Origin: an uncultured Gemmatimonadales bacterium
Lineage (GTDB): Bacteria; Gemmatimonadota; Gemmatimonadetes; Longimicrobiales; RSA9
Length of the DNA: 64,000 bases
Direction of reading: 5' to 3'
Assembly: GCA_963798845.1 (NCBI GenBank)
Contig: CAWCUS010000002.1
Coordinates: forward strand, 10,073 to 74,072
Shown: piece by piece, positions 54,925 to 63,800 of the stretch
Layout: each line of letters begins with the position of its first letter
Position numbering within the stretch: the stretch's first letter is position 1
Notes under the pieces: generated by a model
Database searches by the model: none
Told to the model about the DNA's origin: nothing
Seen by the model: the letters and a program-made list of their open reading frames with translations, nothing else
Made by a program: the position numbers and the translations under genes

Positions 54925-54953
54925 GGCAATCAGCGACCGGAGTACGAGCGACG

Positions 54954-55163
54954 ATGCGCACGCAGGGCACGGTGAAGTGGTTCAACGACGCCAAGGGATT
55001 CGGGTTCGTCGAGCCGGACGGCGGTGACCGGGACTGTTTCGTACACCACTCCTCCATCCTGGGGGAGGGCTTCAAGACCCTCGCCGAGGGGGAGCGGGTC
55101 GAATTCGACATGGTCGAGGGGCAGAAGGGGCCCGCGGCCGAGAACGTGCAGCGCCTCGGCTAG
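54954..55163 (+). CDS. cspA: Cold-shock protein (CspA family)
   Basis: 69 aa. [19 protein letters not shown] (RNP1) and DCFVHHSSI (RNP2). Confidence 0.9.
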   Translation: MRTQGTVKWFNDAKGFGFVEPDGGDRDCFVHHSSILGEGFKTLAEGERVEFDMVEGQKGPAAENVQRLG

Positions 55164-55182
55164 CGTCGGCGCAGCCGAACCG

Positions 55183-55221
55183 AAAGGGCCGCGCCGGGTA
55201 TGCTCCCTCGCGCGGCCCTTT
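55183..55221 (+). terminator. Hairpin terminator candidate after cspA
   Basis: AAAGGGCCGCGC-15 nt-GCGCGGCCCTTT, a perfect 12-bp stem 20 nt after the TAG. The only T residues are the three at the end of the stem. Confidence 0.55.
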
Positions 55222-55250
55222 CCCAATCGCGAACCGGAACAGGAGAAGCC

Positions 55251-55469
55251 ATGGCCAAGCAGGAAGGCATCGAAATGGAGGGCGTCGTCACCGACGTGCT
55301 CCCCGACCGGATGTACCGCGTCAAGCTGGAGAACGGCCACGAAGTGCTGGCGTACGCCGCGGGGAAGATGTCGAAGTTCAAGATCCGCGTGCTCACGGGC
55401 GACCGGGTCACCCTCGTCCTCTCCCCCTACGACCTGACCCGCGGCCGGATCGTCTACCGCCACAAGTGA
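55251..55469 (+). CDS. infA: Translation initiation factor IF-1
   Basis: 72 aa with [80 protein letters not shown]. Confidence 0.95.
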   Translation: MAKQEGIEMEGVVTDVLPDRMYRVKLENGHEVLAYAAGKMSKFKIRVLTGDRVTLVLSPYDLTRGRIVYRHK

Positions 55470-56111
55470 GCCCCGACCGGCGCCCCCGGTCACTCCACGC
55501 GCACCACACCCAGGCGCGGGCGCGCGCGCGGCAGGAACTCTCTCGGCCCCTGACCACGGACCGGCCGGGCCAGCCGCCATGAATCGCGCCCAGACCCTCC
55601 CTCCGCGCCGCGGACGGCACCCCGAAATCGCACTCCGTCCCGACTGACCGGGGCGCAACAGCGCGTGCAGCGGCCTCGCGCTAGCCTTCCCGTGCGCCGA
55701 GCCCCGACTCCTCCCCCGGAATCCCCACCGCGGTCACCCGCACCGGCACCAGCCCCGCGTCCGATCGCGCACACGCACCGATGGGGGGCGCGGCATTCCG
55801 CACTGCGGAGGGCGCAGCGGCCGACCGGTCCCTGGCTGGCGCCGGCGCCGGCGACGGAAAAGGGCCGACCTTCATACGTGTCCGGGGTTGCGGAGCCCGG
55901 GTTGAGGCGCGGACGTGGTGCGGTGTGTGGGGGGCTGCCGTTCATTGTAGCGGTTGTGGTAGTCGGGAGCCCGGCAGCGGATCGGTAGAAATCCCCACAG
56001 AGAAATACCCCTGACTTCCCACAAGCAATCCCTGTTGACCCCGACAGTGAAGTCCTCACGTAAGCGGTCATATTGAACGCGAGATCGTGTGGACCCTCAT
56101 GCGAGGTCGGG

Positions 56112-58055
56112 ATGACCACCGTAACGGCAGAACAGAAGAGGACTCGCAAGCCGCCGAAAGTGATCGAGGCGAAGGAGCACACCGTCGAGATCGTTTCGGA
56201 CCCGGGGGAAGGTGCGCAGAAGTGCGGCCAGATCTTCGGTTCGGTGTCCGCGAAGATGGGCAACGGCGTGTGGACGGTCGAGCTGATACCGGCGGAGATC
56301 CAGCCGCCGCCGCGGATGCCGGCGGGAGCCAGCGGGAACCGGATCCGGATCGGCACCGGAGCGGTGACGAACTGGGGGGACAGCACGAACCTGGTGGTGG
56401 CGTTCAACGAGCAGGTGCTGTTGAACCGGCATCGGGTGGACGCGCTGGCGGACGACGCGGTGATCCTGCTGGAGAACGTGTGGAAGGACCACGCGGACGA
56501 GACGATCCGGAGGCAGTGGTCGGCGGCGATGAAGGAGCTGTCGTCGAAGCGGTACCGGATCGTCGAGATTCCAATGGACGAGATCTGCCGGACGGTGGTG
56601 GACGATCCCCGGAAGGGGAAGAACATGTTCGCGCTGGGTCTTCTGTCGTGGATCTACGAGCGGGACATGGCGCTGGTGAAGGACCAGATCGCGTACGCGT
56701 TCCGGAAGAAGAAGCCCGAGATCACGGAGAAGAACCACCAGCTGCTGCAGCTCGGTTACGACTGGGCGGCGGAGAACCTGGACTTCCGGGTGCGGGTGGC
56801 GCCGACGCCGTCGGATGTGCCGATGGTGGTGATGAACGGCAACCAGGCGATCGCGCTGGGGGCGGTGGCGGCGGGGATGGAGCTGGCGGCGATGTATCCG
56901 ATCACGCCGGCGACGTCGGTGTCGCACCAGCTGGGCGAGATGTTCGAGCGTTTCGGCGGGACTCTGCACCAGGCGGAGGACGAGATCGCGGCGGCGGGCG
57001 TGGCGATCGGGGCGTCGTATTCGGGGAAGGTGGCGTTCACGATCACGTCGGGACCGGGGCTGGCGCTGAAGACGGAGTTCCTGGGGCTGGCGGTGATGAC
57101 GGAGATCCCGCTGGTGCTGGTGGACGTGCAGCGAGGCGGGCCGAGCACGGGTCTGCCGACGAAGGTGGAGCAGGGGGACCTGCTGGCCGCGCTGTTCGGG
57201 CAGCCCGGCGACGCGCCGCACGTGGTGATGGCGCCGGCCACCATCGAGGAGTGCTTCCACGCCATGGTCACGGCGCGGCGGATCGCGGAGATGTTCCGCA
57301 TGGTGGTGATGGTGCTGAGCGATGCGAACCTGGCCACGGGGGTGCAGCCGTTCCCGCGGCCGGTGCCGGAAGCGTCGTGGGTCGCGGGTCCGCCGGACCA
57401 GTCGGCGATCCCGGATGGCCTGCGGCCGTACGACTGGGATCAGAAGACGGGTCTGAGCCGCCGCTTCATCCCCGGTCAGCCGAACGGGATGCACACCTTG
57501 ACGGGGCTGGCGCACGACGAGAACAGCAAGGTGGCGTACAGCTCGGACATCAACCAGCACTCGTCCACGATGCGGAGCCGCAAGCTGGCCGTGCTGCACC
57601 AGGCGCTGAAGAGGCCGGAGGTGTACGGCGACGAGGAGGGCGATCTCCTGGTGGTGGGTTGGGGGAGCACGAAGGGGGCCATCGAGGAGGCAGTCGAGCG
57701 GGCGCGCGAGGGCGGGCTACGGGTGTCGTCGCTCCAGCTGCGCTTCCTCTCGCCACTGGAGCCGGGGCTGAAGGAGATCTTCAGCAAGTTCGACCACGTG
57801 ATGACGGTCGAGATCAACTACAGCGACGACCCGGACGATCCCTACGTCACGGCGGAGACCCGGCGGTACGGGCAGCTGGCGTGGCTGCTCCGAGCGCAGA
57901 CGCTGGTGGACGTGGACTGCTGGACGCGCGTCCTGGGTGAGCCGCTCCGGCCGCAGGTGATCCACGACGCGATCGTGGACCGCCTGATCCGGGCGGGGAA
58001 GATCGGCAAGGCCGGCGGGCGGCGAACGACGAAGGGGAAGGGAGGTGCGGCATGA
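56112..58055 (+). CDS. korA: 2-oxoacid (2-oxoglutarate):ferredoxin oxidoreductase subunit alpha
   Basis: Met at 56112 after GAGG. GNQAIALGAVAAGMELAAMYPITPATSVSH and TSGPGLALKTEFLGLAVMTEIPLVLVDVQRGGPSTGLPTKVEQGDL. The ~650-aa size matches the two-subunit KorAB type. Confidence 0.9.
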   Translation: MTTVTAEQKRTRKPPKVIEAKEHTVEIVSDPGEGAQKCGQIFGSVSAKMGNGVWTVELIPAEIQPPPRMPAGASGNRIRIGTGAVTNWGDSTNLVVAFNEQVLLNRHRVDALADDAVILLENVWKDHADETIRRQWSAAMKELSSKRYRIVEIPMDEICRTVVDDPRKGKNMFALGLLSWIYERDMALVKDQIAYAFRKKKPEITEKNHQLLQLGYDWAAENLDFRVRVAPTPSDVPMVVMNGNQAIALGAVAAGMELAAMYPITPATSVSHQLGEMFERFGGTLHQAEDEIAAAGVAIGASYSGKVAFTITSGPGLALKTEFLGLAVMTEIPLVLVDVQRGGPSTGLPTKVEQGDLLAALFGQPGDAPHVVMAPATIEECFHAMVTARRIAEMFRMVVMVLSDANLATGVQPFPRPVPEASWVAGPPDQSAIPDGLRPYDWDQKTGLSRRFIPGQPNGMHTLTGLAHDENSKVAYSSDINQHSSTMRSRKLAVLHQALKRPEVYGDEEGDLLVVGWGSTKGAIEEAVERAREGGLRVSSLQLRFLSPLEPGLKEIFSKFDHVMTVEINYSDDPDDPYVTAETRRYGQLAWLLRAQTLVDVDCWTRVLGEPLRPQVIHDAIVDRLIRAGKIGKAGGRRTTKGKGGAA

Positions 58056-59002
58056 TCGCGAGCTGCTCACTGCTGCATGCCGGGAGCGACGATCGCGTGT
58101 TCGGCATGGACGACTACGAGGGAGCGCTGCCTCGCTGGTGCCCCGGGTGCGGGGACATGGCGGTGCTGACGGCGCACCAGCGGCTCCTGAGCGAGGAGCA
58201 GCTGAAGCCGGAGGAGACGGTATTCGTCTCCGGCATCGGCTGCTCGAGCCGCTTTCCGCACTACATGCGCACGTACGGGTTCCACGGGATTCATGGCCGT
58301 GCGCTGCCCGTGGCGACGGGCATCAAGCTGAACCGCCCGGAGCTGAACGTGTTCGTGGTCATGGGCGACGGCGACTGCACCTCGATCGGCGCGGGGCACT
58401 GGGTGCACGCGCTCCGCTACAACATGGACATGGTGGCGGTCCTGCTGGACAACAACGTGTACGGGCTGACGAAGATGCAGACGTCGCCGACCACGCCGCA
58501 GGGCTACAAGACGAACACGCAGCCGCGGGGCAGCTACCTGCCCGCGCTGAATCCCGTGGAAACCATGCTCGGCCTGACCAACGCGAGCTTCGTCGCCCAG
58601 ACCGCCGAGTGGATCCCGCAGCACCTGTACGCCACGCTTCGCGCAGCTTACCGCCACAAGGGGCTCGGCTTCGTCCGGATCCTCCAGCGGTGCCCGCAGT
58701 ACACGGCGCCGATCTTCATGGAGGCGGTGCGGAAGCCGGACAACATCGAGCTGCTGGTCCACGACGACGGCGTGACGGTGCCGGAGATCCACGGGCTCTA
58801 CAAGAACCACCGGACGCACGACCCCCGGGACATCGACATGGCCCGCAGGATCGCCGAGGAGGACAGCGGCAGGATCCCGCTGGGCGTGTTCTTCCGCGAC
58901 GAAAGCCGCCCGCGCTACGAGGAGACGCGTCGGCTGCCGAAGTACTCGGCGGAGGAGAAGGTGAAGCGCCTGAACGAGGAGCTTGACGACTATGCCGTTT
59001 GA
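58052..59002 (+). CDS. korB: 2-oxoacid (2-oxoglutarate):ferredoxin oxidoreductase subunit beta (TPP-binding)
   Basis: The ATG overlaps the korA stop (ATGA). WCPGCGDMAVL, GIGCSSRFPHY and VVMGDGDCTSIGAGH. An alternative Met is at 58106. Confidence 0.9.
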   Translation: MIASCSLLHAGSDDRVFGMDDYEGALPRWCPGCGDMAVLTAHQRLLSEEQLKPEETVFVSGIGCSSRFPHYMRTYGFHGIHGRALPVATGIKLNRPELNVFVVMGDGDCTSIGAGHWVHALRYNMDMVAVLLDNNVYGLTKMQTSPTTPQGYKTNTQPRGSYLPALNPVETMLGLTNASFVAQTAEWIPQHLYATLRAAYRHKGLGFVRILQRCPQYTAPIFMEAVRKPDNIELLVHDDGVTVPEIHGLYKNHRTHDPRDIDMARRIAEEDSGRIPLGVFFRDESRPRYEETRRLPKYSAEEKVKRLNEELDDYAV

Positions 59003-59981
59003 CGACCTGAGGCGCCGCGCCCTGGGGGCGCTCGCTCCTCGCCGCGAAGCGTTCCACTCCGCCGTGGCCACGGCGGTGGACGAAGTGCGCACGCTCCTGG
59101 CTGCGCAGCGGGCGCCCGCGGATGGCAGGGCCGCCCGCGTGGCGGCGGAGCTGGGCGCGTTCGCCAGCGGGCGGATCGATGCCGAGCGCTTCGCGGCGGT
59201 TTTCGGCGAGCAGGAGACGCTGGACGCGGACGCTGTGGAGCGGATCGAGGCGGCGCTGGAGGCGCTGACCGAGGTGCTCGAGGCGGGCGATGCGCTGCAC
59301 TATGTGCGCGTGCCCTCCGGGGCCGACCTGCGCGACACGGTGCGCGCGGCGCTGGGAAAGGCCGGACGCGCATTTGGCGCCGGCCGGGCCGTGGAGAACG
59401 CGCGCTCGGGGGTGAAAGGTCCCCCGTTCGCCGACGGCTTCGGGCCGGAGCGGTGGAACCGGGCGGAGCGGAGCGTGGCCCCGCCGCTGGTGGTGGACGT
59501 GGACGGCGCGGACCTGCGTCCTTCGGGCCTCGCCGACTATCTCGAAGGCGGACAGGCGTTCGTGCTGCTCGTCCGCAAGCCGGCGCCGCCAGCGGCGCTG
59601 GCGCGGCTCATCGCCCCCGGCGCGGTCGTGGCACAGGGCGCCGAGGCGGGCGTGCTGGAGCTGGTCGGTGGAGTCGACGGGGCCGTGGCGGTCGCGATCG
59701 TGCCGGAAGACGCGGCCGCGTTCCGCTACCGGGGCGACACCGAGGACGGGCCGGGGTCCCTGGTCGTGGCGTCGCTGCCGGAGGAGGCGCCGCGCGCCAT
59801 CGGGACGCTGAGCGTGCCCCGGCAGGAGGCGGACCTGGCGCTGCTCCAGCTCCTGGACGGGGCGGTGGCCGGCCGCGTCGTGGCGGCCGCGTCCGTTCCG
59901 GGAGAGGAAGTGGATCCGGCCGACAGGCTGGCCGCCTGGCTGCTCCGGCAGGCGAACGTTCCGGCGCCGGGGGAGGCCTGA
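58992..59981 (+). CDS. Hypothetical Ala-rich protein (~330 aa), no recognised domain, embedded between korB and the RnfB-like gene
   Basis: The ATG at 58992 overlaps the korB end by 11 nt (the track ORF opens at TTG 58983). It stops 4 nt before the next gene. Genome-typical codon bias. No Cys motifs and no TM segment. Confidence 0.55.
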   Translation: MPFDDLRRRALGALAPRREAFHSAVATAVDEVRTLLAAQRAPADGRAARVAAELGAFASGRIDAERFAAVFGEQETLDADAVERIEAALEALTEVLEAGDALHYVRVPSGADLRDTVRAALGKAGRAFGAGRAVENARSGVKGPPFADGFGPERWNRAERSVAPPLVVDVDGADLRPSGLADYLEGGQAFVLLVRKPAPPAALARLIAPGAVVAQGAEAGVLELVGGVDGAVAVAIVPEDAAAFRYRGDTEDGPGSLVVASLPEEAPRAIGTLSVPRQEADLALLQLLDGAVAGRVVAAASVPGEEVDPADRLAAWLLRQANVPAPGEA

Positions 59982-59985
59982 TCCC

Positions 59986-60831
59986 ATGCTCCTGTCCCCG
60001 ATCCTCGGATCGGCCGCGATCGTGGGAGGCGTGGGCCTCACATTCGGGACGCTGATCGCGCTGGCGAACCGCAAGCTGAAGGTATGGGAAGACCCGCGCA
60101 TCGACGATGTGGAGGGGCTGCTCCCGGGATCGAACTGCGGCGCGTGCGGGCAGGCGGGGTGCCGGGCGTTCGCCCAGGCCGTGATCAGCGGCGAGATCAC
60201 GCCGGCGCAGTGCACGGTGATGGGCGAGGACCAGCGCCAGGATGTGGCCGCGTACCTCGGAGTGGACGCTGGACAGGCGGACAAGCGGGTGGCCCGCCTG
60301 CTGTGCGCGGGGGGAAGCGACGTGGCCGCGCGGCGCGCTGAGTACTACGGCGTCGAGAGCTGCGCCGCCGCGGTGGCCGTGGGCGGCGGTGGGAAGGGGT
60401 GCACGTGGGGTTGCGTCGGCCTGTCCGACTGCGCCGTCGCGTGCGACTTCGACGCCATCGTCATGAACGAGCACGGTCTGCCGGTGGTCGACGTGGAGCT
60501 GTGCACCGCCTGCGGCGACTGCGTGGACGCGTGCCCGCTCGGGCTGTTCACCATCCTCCCGCTCGACAACCACCTGCTGGTGCAGTGCAAGAGCCTGCTC
60601 GAAGGGGATGCCGCCACCGAGGTCTGTTCCGTGGCGTGCAATGCGTGCGGCCGGTGCGCGGCCGACGCCCCCGCCGGCCTGATCGCAATGAAGAACGGGC
60701 TGGCCGTGATCGATCACGGCAAAGCCGAGCTGGAAACGAAGAACGCCACCGCCCGGTGTCCCACCGGCGCGATCGTGTGGGTCGAGGGCGCGCAGTTCCG
60801 CGAGCCCATTGTCGCAGGGAGTATCCGATGA
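59986..60831 (+). CDS. RnfB-like membrane-anchored Fe-S protein (polyferredoxin)
   Basis: N-terminal TM helix ILGSAAIVGGVGLTFGTLIALA. RnfB-type N-terminal cluster motif CGACGQAGCRAF...C. Additional clusters CTWGCVGLSDCAVACD, CTACGDCVDACP and CNACGRCA...CP. Confidence 0.8.
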   Translation: MLLSPILGSAAIVGGVGLTFGTLIALANRKLKVWEDPRIDDVEGLLPGSNCGACGQAGCRAFAQAVISGEITPAQCTVMGEDQRQDVAAYLGVDAGQADKRVARLLCAGGSDVAARRAEYYGVESCAAAVAVGGGGKGCTWGCVGLSDCAVACDFDAIVMNEHGLPVVDVELCTACGDCVDACPLGLFTILPLDNHLLVQCKSLLEGDAATEVCSVACNACGRCAADAPAGLIAMKNGLAVIDHGKAELETKNATARCPTGAIVWVEGAQFREPIVAGSIR

Positions 60832-63800
60832 AGATCCCGTTCAGCAAGAAGCCGGCGACTGCCGACGAGCCCCGTTTCCCAGGGGTCCCCGAGGCCATCG
60901 ACGGCAGCACCGCCATCGTCCAGATGGAGACCGCGGGCAGCGAGGCCGCCGGCGCCTACCCGATCACCCCGTCCACGCAGATGGGCGAGGGCTGGGCGCT
61001 GGCCGTGTCCCAGGGGGCGACGAACGTGAACGGCCGCCGGCTGCTCTTCTTCGAGCCCGAGGGCGAGCACGCGGCGGCCGGCGTGACCGCCGGCATGAGC
61101 ATGGTCGGCCTGCGCGCCACCAACTTCTCCAGCGGCCAGGGCATCGCGTACATGCACGAGAGCCTGTACGCCGCCGCCGGGAAGCGGCTCACGTACGTGC
61201 TGAACGTGGCCGCGCGCGCCATGACGAAGCATGCGCTGAACGTGCACGCCGGCCACGACGACTACCACGCCGTGGACGACACGGGATTCTTCCAGCTCTT
61301 CGCCAAGGACGTGCAGAGCGCGGCGGACCTGAACCTGATCGCCCACCGGATCGCGGAGCTGTCGCTCAACCCGGGGCTGGTGGCGCAGGACGGATTCCTG
61401 ACCAGCCACGTCATCGAGACCATCCGGCTCCCGGAGCGGGAGCTGGTGCGGGAGTACCTGGGCGACCCGTCGGACATCATCGAGTCGCCCACGCCCGCGC
61501 AGCGCATGGTCTTCGGCGAGATGCGGCGGCGCATCCCGGAGCTGTTCGACGTCGACTACCCGGCCATGCTCGGCACGGTGCAGAACCAGGACAGCTACGC
61601 ACAGGGCGTGGCCGCACAGCGCCCGTTCTACTTCGACCACGTGCGCGCGCTCGCTGACCGGGCCATGTCCGAGTTCGCCGAGCTCAGCGGACGCCGTTAC
61701 GCTCCCGTGCTCGGCTACCGTCTGGAGGACGCGGACTACGTCCTCGTGGGCCAGGGCTCGGTGATCCCCAACGCCGAGGCGGTCGCCGACTACCTGCGCG
61801 AGAAGCGCGGGCTGAAGGTCGGCGTGCTGGACATGGTCATGTTCCGGCCGTTCCCTTCCGACCTGGTGGCCCGGGCGCTGGCGGGGAAGAAGGCCGTGGC
61901 CGTGCTGGAGCGCGTCGACCAGCCTCTCGCCGTGGACGCGCCGCTGCTGCGGGAGATCCGCGCGGCCATGTCGAAGGCGGTGGAGAACGGCCGCGTCGCC
62001 CGGGCGGGGAAGCCGGTGCCGCCGCGCTACCCGCTGCCGGAGAACCTGACGGTGAAGCTGCCCCACGAGGGACTGCCGGCGCTGGCCGCAGACCAGGTGC
62101 CGGACTTCTACAGCGGCGGTTTCGGCTTTGGCAGCCGGGACCTCCAGGCCGGCGACCTGGTGGCCGCGGTCGAGAACATGACCGAGGGTGGCTCCGGACG
62201 CCGCCAGTACTACCTGGGGATCGAGTTCGTGCGCAAGAGCACGCGCCTGCCGAAGCTGGAGATCTGGCAGCAGCAGCTGATCGAGGCTTACCCGAAGCTG
62301 CCGGAGCTGGCGCTGGAGCCGGTGAAGGCCGTGAACCTGCTCCCCGAAGGGTCGACCGCGCTGCGCATCCACTCGGTGGGCGGCTGGGGCGCCATCACCA
62401 TGGGGAAGAACGTGGCGCTCACGGCGTTCGAGCTGGCGGGGCTGCACGTGAAGGCCAACCCGAAGTACGGCTCCGAGAAGAAGGGGCAGCCCACGACGTT
62501 CTACGCCACGCTCAGCCGCGAGCCGGTGAAGATCAATGCCGAGCTCAAGCACGTGGACGTGGTGCTCTCGCCGGACCCGAACGTGTTCCGGCATTCCAAC
62601 CCTCTGGCCGGGCTGAGCAAGGGCGGGGTGTTCGTGATCCAGAGCGACCTCTCGCCGGAGGCGGCATGGGACAGTTTCCCATCGGACGCGAAACGCTACA
62701 TCCGGTCGCAGGGGATCAAGGTCTACGCCATCGATGGCTTCAGCATCGCGGGCGAGGAAGCGAGCGACCCGGAGCTGCGCTACCGGATGCAGGGCGCGGC
62801 GTTCATGGGCGCGTTCTTCAAGGTCGCGCCGCTGGCCGAGCGCGAGGGGCTGGATGAGGCGACGCTCCTCGCCGGGATCCAGGACCAGATGAAGCGGAAG
62901 TTCGGCAAGCTGGGCGACCGCGTGGTGCAGGACAACGTGCGCGTGATCCGGCGCGGCTTCGACGAGGTGAAGGAAGTGGTGCCGCGCGCGGAGGAGGGGG
63001 AGCCGAACCAGGTGGCGCTCCCCGTCGCCGGGGTGCCGGAGATGCTGGACGTGCCGGTGGCGGAGATCGGGATCGGCAACCCGGGCCGCTTCTTCGAGCA
63101 GGTGTGCTCGCTCTACGGCGCGGGCGAGGAGCCGATCGCGGACCCGTACGCCGCCATGAGCGCGATCCCGGCCGCCACGAGCGTGATCCGGGACATGACC
63201 AACATCCGCTTCGAGGTGCCGGCCTTCAACGCCGAGAAGTGCACCGGGTGCGCCCAGTGCTGGATTCAGTGCCCGGACTCCGCGATCCCGGGGCTCGTGA
63301 ACACCGTGGAGGACCTGCTGGACACGGCCATCCGGACGGCTTCGAACGGGCGCTCGCTGGACCGGATCCGACAGGTGTCGAAGCACCTGTCGAAGGAAGC
63401 CCGGAAGGTCATCGAGGGCGTGCCATTCAACAACTTCGGCGACACGCTCAAGGCGGCGTACAGGAACCTGGTCCCGAAGCTGAACTGGGAACCGGAGCGG
63501 CGGCAGGAGCTGGACGACGATTTCGCCGCCGTCTACCCGATCCTCGCCCAGTTCCCGCTGGCGAAGACACAGCCGTTCTGGGACGTCCCGGAAGGCAAGG
63601 AGAAGGGGAGCGGCGGACTGCTCTCCATCACCGTGAACCCGGAAGCGTGCAAGGGCTGCAACATCTGCGTGAACGTGTGCGCGGACGGCGCGCTGACCAC
63701 CATCAAACAGGATGACGAGGTGGTGGAGGCGCTGCGGAGGAACTGGGCGTTCTGGAAGGAGCTGCCGGACACGGCCGATCGCTACATCAACGTGCGGGAC

